Assembly: GCA_965222805.1 (NCBI GenBank)
Contig: CBDCUX010000005.1
Span: 4,068,770 to 4,132,769, forward strand
Direction of reading: 5' to 3'
Source: Candidatus Poribacteria bacterium
Lineage (GTDB): Bacteria > Poribacteria > WGA-4E > PCPOR2b
Length of the DNA stretch: 64,000 bases
Every line of letters begins with the position of its first letter. Position 1 is the first letter of the stretch. Below are positions 38,808 through 47,867 of the stretch, one piece after another. Below the pieces are notes generated by a model. It made no database searches, was not told the origin of the DNA, and worked only from the letters and a program-made list of their open reading frames with translations. Position numbers and translations under genes: made by a program.

Positions 38808-39832
38808 CATCGACTTTAACTCTGCAAATCGCACTGATCTGCCCCCTCCTCGCACTCATAATGTTCTGTGCACAGGTAATGGCTGCGGATGAGACGGAAG
38901 AGGAATCAATCTTCGAGCCTAGCTATCTTAGCTACGATGACATCTACCGGGATTTCACGAAGAAAAAAATGTGTAAAAGATGCCATCCGGCAATCTGGCG
39001 TGAATGGGAAAGGTCGATGCACGCTAAGGCATGGGAGGACCCAATCTATCAAGAAGCCGCGAGCCAGGTCGCAGATCGGGAGAAGACGTGCGATCCGTGC
39101 CATGCTCCTGAACCAATTCTGATCACCGGTATCGGAAAAATGCCGAAGCTGCGGGCGACGGACCGGGGGTTTGGCGTATCTTGTATCGTGTGCCATATCG
39201 ACGCACACGGCGCGATGCATGGACCTCACAAGAGTGCCAATCCGATGTACCATGCGAATGTGACTTCTGAGGCTCATGCCAATCCAACGGAGCTTTGCGC
39301 CACCTGCCACGGTCAACCGAGTGTGCCGGAACACAATCAGGTTGATAGCTTCAGAAATAGCCCCGCTGCGGAACAGGGATTGACCTGTGCCACCTGTCAC
39401 ATGCCCGCTGTCAAACGACGGTTAAGCGTGCATAGCTACGAAAACGTTTCCATCCGGCGGCACACATGGATGGGCAGTCGCAGTGTTAATAAGCTGAGAA
39501 GTGCCGCAAATCTGAAAATAGTACGTGCAGAGGGCGAAGCAACTGTTCGTCTGACCAATAAGGCGGGGCATCTCCTTCCGGGCGAAGCTTTGCGCGCGAT
39601 TATCCTCGACATAAAAATTTCCGATGCCAACGGAGCAGTGAGCCGCCATGAGCAAGTCTTCATTTCCGCCGGATCGGATGAACCTGAAACTAGCCGCATA
39701 CCACCCGGTGAAACGCGGGAGGTCGTGTATACCCTCAGCGATACAGAGAAGATCGAAGCAAAGCTGCGTTATCGTCTGACACCGAAGACACCAGAAACCG
39801 AGTGGGTCACAATGGCGGAGGCAAGTCAATAG
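38804..39832 (+). CDS. Secreted pentaheme c-type cytochrome
   Basis: Five CxxCH motifs (CKRCH, CDPCH, CIVCH, CATCH, CATCH) after a signal peptide. The start ATG overlaps the hemY TGA (ATGA). Confidence 0.8.
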   Translation: MTSTLTLQIALICPLLALIMFCAQVMAADETEEESIFEPSYLSYDDIYRDFTKKKMCKRCHPAIWREWERSMHAKAWEDPIYQEAASQVADREKTCDPCHAPEPILITGIGKMPKLRATDRGFGVSCIVCHIDAHGAMHGPHKSANPMYHANVTSEAHANPTELCATCHGQPSVPEHNQVDSFRNSPAAEQGLTCATCHMPAVKRRLSVHSYENVSIRRHTWMGSRSVNKLRSAANLKIVRAEGEATVRLTNKAGHLLPGEALRAIILDIKISDANGAVSRHEQVFISAGSDEPETSRIPPGETREVVYTLSDTEKIEAKLRYRLTPKTPETEWVTMAEASQ

Positions 39833-39893
39833 ACTTACTCTCGCTGCATGTGACAAAACCGTACTAACAATTCACAGGAGGTAGACTGATAGG

Positions 39894-40025
39894 ATGAAAC
39901 TTTCGAATCGTCCCGCTCAACGCGTGGGTTCATGGAAGCGCGTTATATGGTATCTGATTTTGCTAGCAATAATTCTGATTTTAATCTGGCAGATGCCAGC
40001 AATCGTCCGCCGGATCCCCATCTAA
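39894..40025 (+). CDS. Putative small single-TM membrane protein (43 aa)
   Basis: AGGAGG RBS 8 nt upstream. MKLSNRPAQRVGSWKRVIWYLILLAIILILIWQMPAIVRRIPI. Absent from the ORF track because it is under 60 aa. Confidence 0.35.
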   Translation: MKLSNRPAQRVGSWKRVIWYLILLAIILILIWQMPAIVRRIPI

Positions 40026-40104
40026 CTATTATTGTCAATTCACCGGATGAACGCGGGTTCAAGTCCGCCTAATCCACAATCTCAGTCATTAAGGATATAG
40101 CATT

Positions 40105-41460
40105 ATGTTGAAATCAAAGAATAGATTAGCTTTTGTAACACTCGTCACCCTCTGTAGTGTTATCACTCTTATTTGCGGACAAACTGCCTCCGCTCAAGAT
40201 AAACTCGTCATTATATCGCCACATTGGGAAGGGATCGAAACAGAGTTCGATACTGCGTTTAAGGCGTGGTATGTTGAGGAGACAGGACGTCAAGTCACTG
40301 TAGATTGGCTAGATCAGGGCGGGTCTTCTTCTGACTTCAGATTCATAGAATCGGAGTTTAAGCGGCTGCCCGAAGGCATCGGGATAGATCTCTTTTTCGG
40401 GGGTGGAACAGATAACTACCTCAAGCTCGCGGATAAGGGCTTGCTGGCTCCCTACAAACTATCAGAAATCCAGTTGGCACGAATTCCGAAAGAGATTTTT
40501 GGTATTCCCGTTTACGATCCGGAATATCGTTGGTACGGCACGGCGTTGTCGAGTTTTGGAATTATGTACAATGAGGAACTGCGTGCGCTTTTCGATTTGC
40601 CCGAAATCCGAACGTGGAACGATCTGACTCACCCCAAACTCGTCAATCGTGTTGGCGCAGCAGACCCCCGTGAAAGCGGGAGTGCACACATGATGTATGA
40701 GCTTATCCTGCAAGGCTACGGCTGGGAGAAGGGCTTTGAGTTGATTACGCAACTTGGCGCGAATGTCAGGGGGTTTTCCGCAGGGTCAAATGCCATTCCT
40801 AGAGATGTCGCTGCAGGGCAAGTCATCTACGGCATGGCAATTGACTTCTATGCTTACGGTCAGATTGCTGTTATCGGCGCAGACAAAATTCATTATGTTG
40901 TGCCACATGATGCTGCGGTCGTCAGCCCTGACTCAATCGCCATCCTCAAAGGCGCGCCCAATATGGCGGTCGCCCAGAAATTTCTCGATTTTGTCCTTTC
41001 AGATCGGGCACAAAAACTTTGGGTATTACGCGACACCGACCCGGAGGGACCGAAGTGGAAAGGGGGGTTGAACCGTAGCAGTGTTATCCCAGCCCTGTAC
41101 GATGAACTCGGGGATCGCTGTGTCGCCGCCAATCCGTTTACGATGGAGCTGAACCCCATTGACTATGATGCGGTAAAAGGTGGGATACGCTGGGACATCG
41201 TCGGAGATCTCATCGGTGCACTTGTCATTGAGCCGCATAAAGATTTGGTCAGCACGTGGAAAGCCATCAATAAAAGTGAGGATCCAGAGAAACGCGCTGC
41301 CGCGATTCAGATCTTGGGTCAGATCCCAATATCAGAAGCGGAAGCACTAGAACTCTCTCAGGGGAGTTGGCAAGCACCAGACTTCCGTAACCAGAAGCTG
41401 AAGGAATGGAGAGCATTCGCCAAAGAGAAGTTCAAGGAAGCGAAGAAAGTGGTGAAGTGA
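40105..41460 (+). CDS. ABC transporter periplasmic substrate-binding protein (family 1; Fe3+/polyamine-type)
   Basis: Signal peptide and a two-lobe SBP fold typical of the AfuA/PotD class. No cognate permease or ATPase nearby. Confidence 0.65.
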   Translation: MLKSKNRLAFVTLVTLCSVITLICGQTASAQDKLVIISPHWEGIETEFDTAFKAWYVEETGRQVTVDWLDQGGSSSDFRFIESEFKRLPEGIGIDLFFGGGTDNYLKLADKGLLAPYKLSEIQLARIPKEIFGIPVYDPEYRWYGTALSSFGIMYNEELRALFDLPEIRTWNDLTHPKLVNRVGAADPRESGSAHMMYELILQGYGWEKGFELITQLGANVRGFSAGSNAIPRDVAAGQVIYGMAIDFYAYGQIAVIGADKIHYVVPHDAAVVSPDSIAILKGAPNMAVAQKFLDFVLSDRAQKLWVLRDTDPEGPKWKGGLNRSSVIPALYDELGDRCVAANPFTMELNPIDYDAVKGGIRWDIVGDLIGALVIEPHKDLVSTWKAINKSEDPEKRAAAIQILGQIPISEAEALELSQGSWQAPDFRNQKLKEWRAFAKEKFKEAKKVVK

Positions 41461-41469
41461 TAAGGTGCT

Positions 41470-41505
41470 AGGCACACCCGTAGGTCGGGCATCCTACCCG
41501 ACTCA
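41470..41505. repeat. Reverse-complement copy of the CCCGACCTACGGGT dispersed repeat, with adjacent hairpin GTCGGGCATCCTACCCGAC
   Basis: ACCCGTAGGTCGGG at 41476-41489 is the reverse complement of the motif at 20876-20890. Confidence 0.5.
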
Positions 41506-41737
41506 TAACCCTAGGGGGTGCAACGGGCGTATTTTCGCTCGAGAGGAGCGATATGTCTGTAGAAAGCTATGTGTCTAGTGCTCGCGCTCCAGCGGAGCGC
41601 AATGTGTATAGAATGCTATTTTAGTTTGCTGATTGCGTTGTGAACGTCTGCAATTGCTAACCATACCTCATGATGAGAGTTAGGTGCATGGTGTCCAAGT
41701 GTCAACTGTCACTATTAAAGTTTGAAGGAGGGATTGC

Positions 41738-42079
41738 ATGAGTCTTCGGCTTACGTGGGTTCGTGGGTATATTAACTCGGATCCTGGTGTGTCTGGTGTT
41801 TATATTCTGTATTACTACCCTCGATATTCTGTTTTGCCGGGCGGTCGTCGGGTTATTTATGTGGGGCAGGGTAATGTTGGGCAGAGATTTGCTGCTCATG
41901 CGAGAGATCCTAGGATTAAGCGGTATGGTTTTGAGGATATATATACTGTGTGGGCACGGGTTTCTTCAGCGAGTCAAAAGCCTGTGGAGAAATACTTACA
42001 TTTTATGCTAAATCCGATAGTAAGTACCTCGAATCATGCTACTATGACGGCTGTGAATTTGCCGTGGGGTGAGGTTTAG
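41738..42079 (+). CDS. GIY-YIG nuclease family protein
   Basis: GVYILYY...(10)...VIYVGQG...R..AH...E..N arrangement, i.e. the GIY, YIG, Arg, His, Glu and Asn positions of the GIY-YIG fold. Lies in a G+T-rich compositional island. Confidence 0.6.
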   Translation: MSLRLTWVRGYINSDPGVSGVYILYYYPRYSVLPGGRRVIYVGQGNVGQRFAAHARDPRIKRYGFEDIYTVWARVSSASQKPVEKYLHFMLNPIVSTSNHATMTAVNLPWGEV

Positions 42080-42190
42080 TTGTGATAGAAATTGTGGCGG
42101 GCTTGATCTAGAAGATTATTGTTGGTTTTTGGATTGGGGCGGTGTTGGCTTGCTTTGTGTATTTGATTAAAAGGTGGAGGAGGTGAGAGA

Positions 42191-42427
42191 ATGAGAGCAC
42201 TTTGGCGCGGTTGGGAGGATGTTAATCCTGAACTTGTGGATTGTATTCAGCTTATTCAGCACCGGGATAATGATTGGGTTATCTATATGGTGCATTATGT
42301 TGCGAGTAATTCTCGTAGCTCAGACGCGATATGTGAGGGTAGGGACGAAATAGATATGAGAAGGAAGGCTCATGAGATAGCAGGTCGTTTTGGCTGTCAA
42401 GTGCTTGAGTCTGGAGGTCCTAGGTAA
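42191..42427 (+). CDS. Hypothetical protein (island-encoded)
   Basis: 78-aa ORF with a GGAGG RBS, same G+T-rich composition as the GIY-YIG gene. Confidence 0.4.
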   Translation: MRALWRGWEDVNPELVDCIQLIQHRDNDWVIYMVHYVASNSRSSDAICEGRDEIDMRRKAHEIAGRFGCQVLESGGPR

Positions 42428-42454
42428 TAGGAGGACTGAGCAACACCAAAAAAA

Positions 42455-42658
42455 ATGAAGAAATCCACAGCAAAGGGAATCGGCCGACTCTGGTTAGCAG
42501 GAACCGTCATCTGCAGCGTAGGCGCAGGAATGTACTCAAAGCACAAAAACCCATTCAACATAGACGAAGGTTTCAACGCCTTCATGATAACCTTGATAAC
42601 CGGGCTAGTAAGCTACGTTCTAGTCAGATGGGCATTAAGAGCATTCACACAACAATGA
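42455..42658 (+). CDS. Hypothetical small membrane protein (uncertain; A+C-rich region)
   Basis: 67-aa ORF with two hydrophobic segments. Caveat: A+C-rich sequence is intrinsically poor in stop codons, so the ORF may be a compositional artefact. Confidence 0.25.
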   Translation: MKKSTAKGIGRLWLAGTVICSVGAGMYSKHKNPFNIDEGFNAFMITLITGLVSYVLVRWALRAFTQQ

Positions 42659-42676
42659 TAACTGAAAGGAACCATC

Positions 42677-42976
42677 ATGAACCACGAAACAAGAGAAGCC
42701 ATCCAAGGAAACAAGACCATCAAGCTGACCCTCGCATTCCATACGACCAAGATTGCTGAAGAAGAAGGTCACATAGTACCAAAGCACGCATGGTCAAACG
42801 GAGCAATCAAATTAAGAACCAATTCATTACATGGTATCAGCAAGACCAAGAGCGTCCCCTTCAATTCACTAATGGAACTTCCAGCGGTACTTGAACAACT
42901 ACTAATCGACGAAGGAATTACACTACATCCAAGTCATAGAACAAAAAGATACATGCACATTAACATCGAGGACTAG
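42677..42976 (+). CDS. Hypothetical protein (uncertain; A+C-rich region)
   Basis: 99-aa ORF, weak AAAGGA RBS, same caveat as above. Confidence 0.25.
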   Translation: MNHETREAIQGNKTIKLTLAFHTTKIAEEEGHIVPKHAWSNGAIKLRTNSLHGISKTKSVPFNSLMELPAVLEQLLIDEGITLHPSHRTKRYMHINIED

Positions 42977-42985
42977 ACAAAAAAA

Positions 42986-43013
42986 TGCCCCCACGATCTT
43001 CACCGCGGGGGCA
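42986..43013 (+). terminator. GC-rich hairpin TGCCCCC-(14 nt)-GGGGGCA
   Basis: 7-bp G/C stem directly after the stop of the 42677-42976 ORF. No T-run follows. Confidence 0.3.
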
Positions 43014-43191
43014 TGTCCCCTTCAAACTACTACGAAATAAAGAACTACTACGGCTCAAAAGGCTAGTTGAGACTTCTATTGTTTGCGGCATTAAACATTT
43101 GGTAAATTGGTTAATTCATTTAATCACTCAACTAATAACCTGATAGCCTGAACGTGGAGGCACTCACCCTCACCATAGGAGATACCCAACA

Positions 43192-43521
43192 ATGCCAATA
43201 ACATGGAAAGTCGAGATAGTAAAAGTATCAGATAACAATGAATCACTAGAGCACTCAGCAAACTTCGACGCAAACACAATTACAGAGGCTCAAGAAAAAG
43301 CCGACGAAGTAGTCAGCCAACACATACCACAACTTTCTGGAAAGATTCCAGACATTAACTGGACACTAGACCAAGAAAAAAACCGTGTAGTTAAAGTCTA
43401 TTACCCACTAGGGATAAGACCAATCAGCCGACAAGCAAGAGTAGGCATAGAGATTTCACTTACAACCGAATGGTACGTAACAATCAAACCACTCAACACA
43501 TCACTTCAAGACATCCAGTAA
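43192..43521 (+). CDS. Hypothetical protein (island-encoded; A+C-rich region)
   Basis: 109-aa ORF with an AGGAG RBS 10 nt upstream, the best-supported of the three A+C-rich ORFs. Confidence 0.35.
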   Translation: MPITWKVEIVKVSDNNESLEHSANFDANTITEAQEKADEVVSQHIPQLSGKIPDINWTLDQEKNRVVKVYYPLGIRPISRQARVGIEISLTTEWYVTIKPLNTSLQDIQ

Positions 43522-43524
43522 TTA

Positions 43525-43599
43525 TGAGAGGTGGGTGACACATAAAACGCTTCCCCTTTTCCAACTCTCATTTTCGGGGAATCAGTCGCCCACCTCTCA
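43525..43599. repeat. 15-bp inverted repeat TGAGAGGTGGGTGAC ... GTCGCCCACCTCTCA, one mismatch, 45-nt spacer, at the right edge of the compositional island
   Basis: Arms at 43525-43539 and 43585-43599, read directly. Confidence 0.5.
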
Positions 43600-43775
43600 C
43601 CCCAAAAGCCTATAACTGAGCAACGCCTTTGATTCAAGAATCATGCCGGATTTAAGCCTGTATCTACATAGTTCCAAAATCTTTTGGTTGTATAGAAAAC
43701 AGCCTGACATACACCTCAAAATGTCAACACAACAAAGCCACAGACTCACCCCCAATACGGCTTTCCTATCTCCCC

Positions 43776-44855
43776 TCAAGCCTCCCAAAGCAGGTTAACC
43801 GCACTCGCCTTAATAATAAAGTAGCACACCGTCCCCTCCACAAGTCCAAGCTGCTCGCGGGCATCGCTCGTAACCTCCACCGACAGCAGATGCCCCTCAA
43901 TATCGACCGATAGCATCACACGCCCCGCTTGGACAGCGATTTGCCGGATTGTCCCGCGCAAAATATTCCGTGCACTCATCCGCAGATTTGGGTCCATCGC
44001 GACGATGATATCCCGTGCCCTGATGGCGATGGGCATCGTCGCGCCGGGCTCCGTCTCCGTATACGAAACCATCAGCCTTTGTTCCCCCAATGCCAACTCC
44101 GTCACGCCGCGCTCCTCGGACGCAACGACCACCGGCAAAGCGAGAATATTCTCCACCCCCGTCATTTGGGCAACGGGCAACGCCGAAGGAAACGCTAGCA
44201 GTTGGTGGGGCTCGCCGCGCCCCGTGATCCGACCTTCGGAGAGCAAAAAGGCTTCGTCTGCAAGTGCCATCACTTCTGAAATGGAGTGCGTGACGTAAAG
44301 GAGGGGGATGTCAAACGCTTGTTTGATGTGATAGAGGTAGGGCAGAATGCGGTTTTTCAAGCCGGCATCCAGAGATGTAAGCGGCTCGTCCATTAATAGC
44401 AAGCGCGGCGACATCCCCAAAGCGCGTGCAATGGCGACCCGCTGCCGTTGACCGCCGGAGAGTTGGCTTGGATATCGATCCAACAATTCCCCGATTTCAA
44501 GGATATCAATAATTGTATTGGTGTCAATCCGTTTTTCACTATTGAGTCGGTGGGGACGACCGTAGGAGATATTTTGTCGAACCTTCAGGTGCGGAAAAAG
44601 ATGCCCTTCCTGAAAGACATACCCAAAATGACGCTTTTCTGGTGGCAGACATTTTTTGTGGTAGGAGGAATACAACGTTTGACCGGAAAACAGGAGTTCG
44701 CCTTCGTCAGGGTGTAGGATGCCACTAATACAGTTGAGTAGTGTGCTTTTACCACTTCCTGAGGGTCCCAGAAATGCCGTTACTTTCTCCGTGATGGTGT
44801 GATCAATCTCAATCTGAAAATTTCCAAGCCGCTTGCGAAACTTGAGTTTTAACAT
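43776..44855 (-). CDS. modC: Molybdate ABC transporter ATP-binding protein with C-terminal TOBE/MOP domain
   Basis: Walker A GPSGSGKST, signature LSGGQRQR, Walker B LLLMDEP. The extra roughly 120-aa C-terminal TOBE-like domain is typical of ModC. Confidence 0.85.
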   Translation of the reverse strand: MLKLKFRKRLGNFQIEIDHTITEKVTAFLGPSGSGKSTLLNCISGILHPDEGELLFSGQTLYSSYHKKCLPPEKRHFGYVFQEGHLFPHLKVRQNISYGRPHRLNSEKRIDTNTIIDILEIGELLDRYPSQLSGGQRQRVAIARALGMSPRLLLMDEPLTSLDAGLKNRILPYLYHIKQAFDIPLLYVTHSISEVMALADEAFLLSEGRITGRGEPHQLLAFPSALPVAQMTGVENILALPVVVASEERGVTELALGEQRLMVSYTETEPGATMPIAIRARDIIVAMDPNLRMSARNILRGTIRQIAVQAGRVMLSVDIEGHLLSVEVTSDAREQLGLVEGTVCYFIIKASAVNLLWEA

Positions 44856-44885
44856 GGGACGTAATCCCTAAAACGTCACAGAGGG

Positions 44886-45566
44886 TTAAGTAGGGATACC
44901 TCCTCGCTTGATATATAGCCGTTCCGCTATCCACAGCGTTGCGAAAGCGATCAGGGTGGATAGAAACACTAGACGGTATGCACTCATATCTTGACCGATT
45001 TGGACGAAGTTATAGATTGCCAGAGGCAATGTCTGCGTCCTGCCTGGAATGTTGCCCGCTACCATCATGGTCGCGCCAAATTCGCCAAGGCTTCTAGAAA
45101 ATCCGAGGATTGCCCCACCGATAATTCCACGATAGGACAGGGGCAGTGTGACAGTAAGAAACACCTTCAACGGCGAGGCACCGAGCGTTCTTGCAGCATT
45201 TTCCAGTTGTGGGTCCACAGCTTCCATCGCCGCGACGATGCCGCGCACTAGTAGCGGAAACGAAAGCACCGAAATCGCCAACACCACCGCCACCCATGAA
45301 AAGACGATTTCAAGCCCAAAAAGCCGGAAGAGCAGCCCCCCGATTGGCCCACGCTTACTGAGGAGAATCAGCAGGAAAAAGCCGCTGACGACCGGTGGCA
45401 ATACCATCGGTAGCATGACAATGGTATTGAGGAGCGATTTACCGGGGAATGACAACTTGGCGAGGATCCAGCCGACGAGGAGTCCCGGAGGCAGGATGAG
45501 AAGCAGACTCAACGAGGCAGCTTTGATTGATAAAACCAGCGCACTGACTTCTGCTGCTGTTAACAT
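44886..45566 (-). CDS. modB: Molybdate ABC transporter permease
   Basis: 226-aa permease with five TM segments and the EAA-like loop LGASPLKVFLTVTLPL. Operonic with modA and modC. Confidence 0.85.
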   Translation of the reverse strand: MLTAAEVSALVLSIKAASLSLLLILPPGLLVGWILAKLSFPGKSLLNTIVMLPMVLPPVVSGFFLLILLSKRGPIGGLLFRLFGLEIVFSWVAVVLAISVLSFPLLVRGIVAAMEAVDPQLENAARTLGASPLKVFLTVTLPLSYRGIIGGAILGFSRSLGEFGATMMVAGNIPGRTQTLPLAIYNFVQIGQDMSAYRLVFLSTLIAFATLWIAERLYIKRGGIPT

Positions 45567-46315
45567 TATTTCACCACAGAGAAACCGTATTTTTCAAAGA
45601 TTGCTGCAACTTCGGCGGTTTGGAGGTACTCCAGAAACGCTTGAGCGAGAGCTTTATGGGCAGTGTTTCGGAGTACTGCTGCGGGATACACAATTGGGGA
45701 ATGACTGGAATTAGGAAATTGATAGATAATTCTGACTTTTTCACTCAACCCTGCGTCCGTTTGATAGACAATCCCGACATCAACCTCACCGGACCCGACA
45801 TATGCCAGAGTGGATCGAACATCCGCACCGGGCACCAATTTCGGTTGTACTGTGTCCCAGACTCCCAGGTGTGTTAGAGCTTCCTTCCCATAAATGCCGG
45901 CAGGGACTGAATTCGGTTCGCCGATAGCAATCCGTCGAACCGAGTCATGGGCGAGCATCCGCACATCAGTCATGGAAAGCGAGCTATTAGCAGGCGCAAC
46001 CAACACCAACCGGTTGTTCAAGATCGACCGGCGCGAATCCTCATAAAGCAGCCCCTCCCCTCGTAAGGCATCAATCTGTCTGGGACTAGCAGAAATGAAT
46101 ACATCCGCCGGTGCACCCTTCTCGATTTGGCGTTGTAAGGTTGAAGAACCGGCAAAGTTACAATACACCTTGACATTCCGCACTGTACCAAAACGCTGGC
46201 TGACTTCTGTGAGCGCGTCTGTCAAACTCATCGCGCCAAAGATAACTAACTCCTCGCCTGCACACCCGATAAACAGATAAGCTAAACTCAGAAGAACAAG
46301 AAGATACGGTTTCAT
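45566..46315 (-). CDS. modA: Molybdate-binding periplasmic protein
   Basis: Collinear with E. coli ModA (FAGSSTLQRQIEKGAPADVFISA, VPAGIYGKEALTHLGVWDTVQPKLVPGADVR, GIVYQTDA, VYPAAV). Lipoprotein-type signal peptide. Confidence 0.88.
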   Translation of the reverse strand: MKPYLLVLLSLAYLFIGCAGEELVIFGAMSLTDALTEVSQRFGTVRNVKVYCNFAGSSTLQRQIEKGAPADVFISASPRQIDALRGEGLLYEDSRRSILNNRLVLVAPANSSLSMTDVRMLAHDSVRRIAIGEPNSVPAGIYGKEALTHLGVWDTVQPKLVPGADVRSTLAYVGSGEVDVGIVYQTDAGLSEKVRIIYQFPNSSHSPIVYPAAVLRNTAHKALAQAFLEYLQTAEVAAIFEKYGFSVVK

Positions 46316-46496
46316 TAATTATACGATCTCCTGTTTTTTGTATTGCTTAACTTCTGACAATATGTTATCTTGCTTAATAATGGAACCGGTGAATACTGGT
46401 GGCGGTTTGAATAAAACGCAGAAGGTAAAGAAATCGCAACGTCAACGAGCTAGAAAAGCACGAAGGCGAAACCGATGAGAAAAGGAGAATATCTAA

Positions 46497-46901
46497 ATGA
46501 AAAAGTTAGTTATAGCAACAATCGTTATTGCGCTATGTATAATTGCAAGTATTCTACAAAGTCAACAGTCCACTAAAGAAACAATCATTAGAGAAAAGCT
46601 AATTATCACTGACGAATACGGAAACAAAAAAATCGTTTTCACTGCCGCCCACGATGGTGCTATCGTTGAAATTAAGCACAAAGAAACAAGGATAACATTA
46701 GGAGTTGGGGATATGGGTGCTATACTTGATCTCGCTCATGACGAAGCAGAAACTAAGCGAGTCATATTACACACAAAACATGGGAAACCCGCAATAGAGT
46801 TACATCACGGCAAAAGCACCATAATCTTATTATTCGACAGCAACAGAACACCCATTATAGCAGCAGTAGATAAAGACGGGAAGATAAAAAAAGTAGAATG
46901 A
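46497..46901 (+). CDS. Hypothetical secreted/membrane-anchored small protein (AT-rich gene)
   Basis: 134-aa ORF with an N-terminal hydrophobic segment. AAA/ATA-rich codon usage unlike its neighbours. Confidence 0.45.
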   Translation: MKKLVIATIVIALCIIASILQSQQSTKETIIREKLIITDEYGNKKIVFTAAHDGAIVEIKHKETRITLGVGDMGAILDLAHDEAETKRVILHTKHGKPAIELHHGKSTIILLFDSNRTPIIAAVDKDGKIKKVE

Positions 46902-47035
46902 AAGATATTATATTCAAAAAAGTTCAACCGGACGACGATTTGAGCCTTTGTGCGATCAAAAATCTCGAGCGTTTGTATTTTGAAAAATCCACAATAGTTG
47001 GCCACAATGACCGAAGGCTCCACGGAGGAATCGAC

Positions 47036-47827
47036 ATGACAAACTCAAATAAGAACAGCTCTCCCATTTCAGAAGCGCAAATTGAGCAGTATACCCGTGA
47101 CGGTTACCTGCTGGTTTCCGGATTGATTTCTGAAGACATCGCTGCAAAAGCGGAAGCTGCAATGTGGCGTTGCATGGGAATTGATTCCAATAATCCGCCT
47201 TCCTCTTGGGACGACGTCCAAGGAGGCATCTGTCTATACAACAGCGTGGATCTCGTCAACTGCTTCACCCCGCAATGCCTCGCTGCAGCAGCGCAGTTGA
47301 CTGGAGAAACCCCGTCCACATTTAGCAAGCTACATCGGCATCCGAAAACCTATTGCGCCCCAGACTTCCTAGCAGCGCAAGAAGCGAAAGAAGATGTCTC
47401 CAAGTTCTTCAGATGGGATTGCGCTTACACTATCAATATCCATCCAACCTCAGATGAATGGGAAACCCCAACAATCACATCGGGAGGGCATCTAGATCAC
47501 TCCCTTGAGGAACACTATCACAAGACTTTTCCGCCTGTCTTTCGAGTCGGTGCCCTGATTTATCTGAACGACATCGCACCTCACGGTGGCGGCACGTTTG
47601 TCTGGCCTAGATCGCATCACGAACTAGAGCGTGTGGCAAGAAAAAACCTCATGCGCTATGAATACCGCAACTCGTTGAACGGAGATCTACCCGAACTCGA
47701 TCTCGGTGACCCCGTTGGTTTGCCTATTCGGCGCGGCGATGTGCTATTCCTACATCACCTGTGCATCCATTCGGGAAGCAAGAATGTGAGCAATCAGCCA
47801 CGATTTGCTATGAATATGAAATGGTAA
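47036..47827 (+). CDS. Phytanoyl-CoA dioxygenase (PhyH) family Fe(II)/2-oxoglutarate oxygenase
   Basis: N-terminal IEQYTRDGYLLV motif. HxD...H iron triad candidates HLDH and HGGGTFVWPRSHH. ATG 47036 with a GGAGG RBS; the track ORF begins at 46898. Confidence 0.6.
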   Translation: MTNSNKNSSPISEAQIEQYTRDGYLLVSGLISEDIAAKAEAAMWRCMGIDSNNPPSSWDDVQGGICLYNSVDLVNCFTPQCLAAAAQLTGETPSTFSKLHRHPKTYCAPDFLAAQEAKEDVSKFFRWDCAYTINIHPTSDEWETPTITSGGHLDHSLEEHYHKTFPPVFRVGALIYLNDIAPHGGGTFVWPRSHHELERVARKNLMRYEYRNSLNGDLPELDLGDPVGLPIRRGDVLFLHHLCIHSGSKNVSNQPRFAMNMKW

Positions 47828-47867
47828 TGCAGATTGTCAGGACCGATTGTGCAAAATGCTTGCGGGA

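Noticed and set aside
40040-40080. tRNA-like T-arm sequence GCGGGTTCAAGTCCGCC, which could be a tRNA or an att-site remnant
   Set aside because: The putative T-stem does not form five Watson-Crick pairs (GCGGG versus CCGCC), and no D-arm, anticodon arm or acceptor stem can be built around it. It is treated as chance similarity
42397-42585. Minus-strand ORF spanning the compositional switch point
   Set aside because: 62 aa, no RBS, crosses the G+T to A+C transition, and overlaps better-supported plus-strand ORFs
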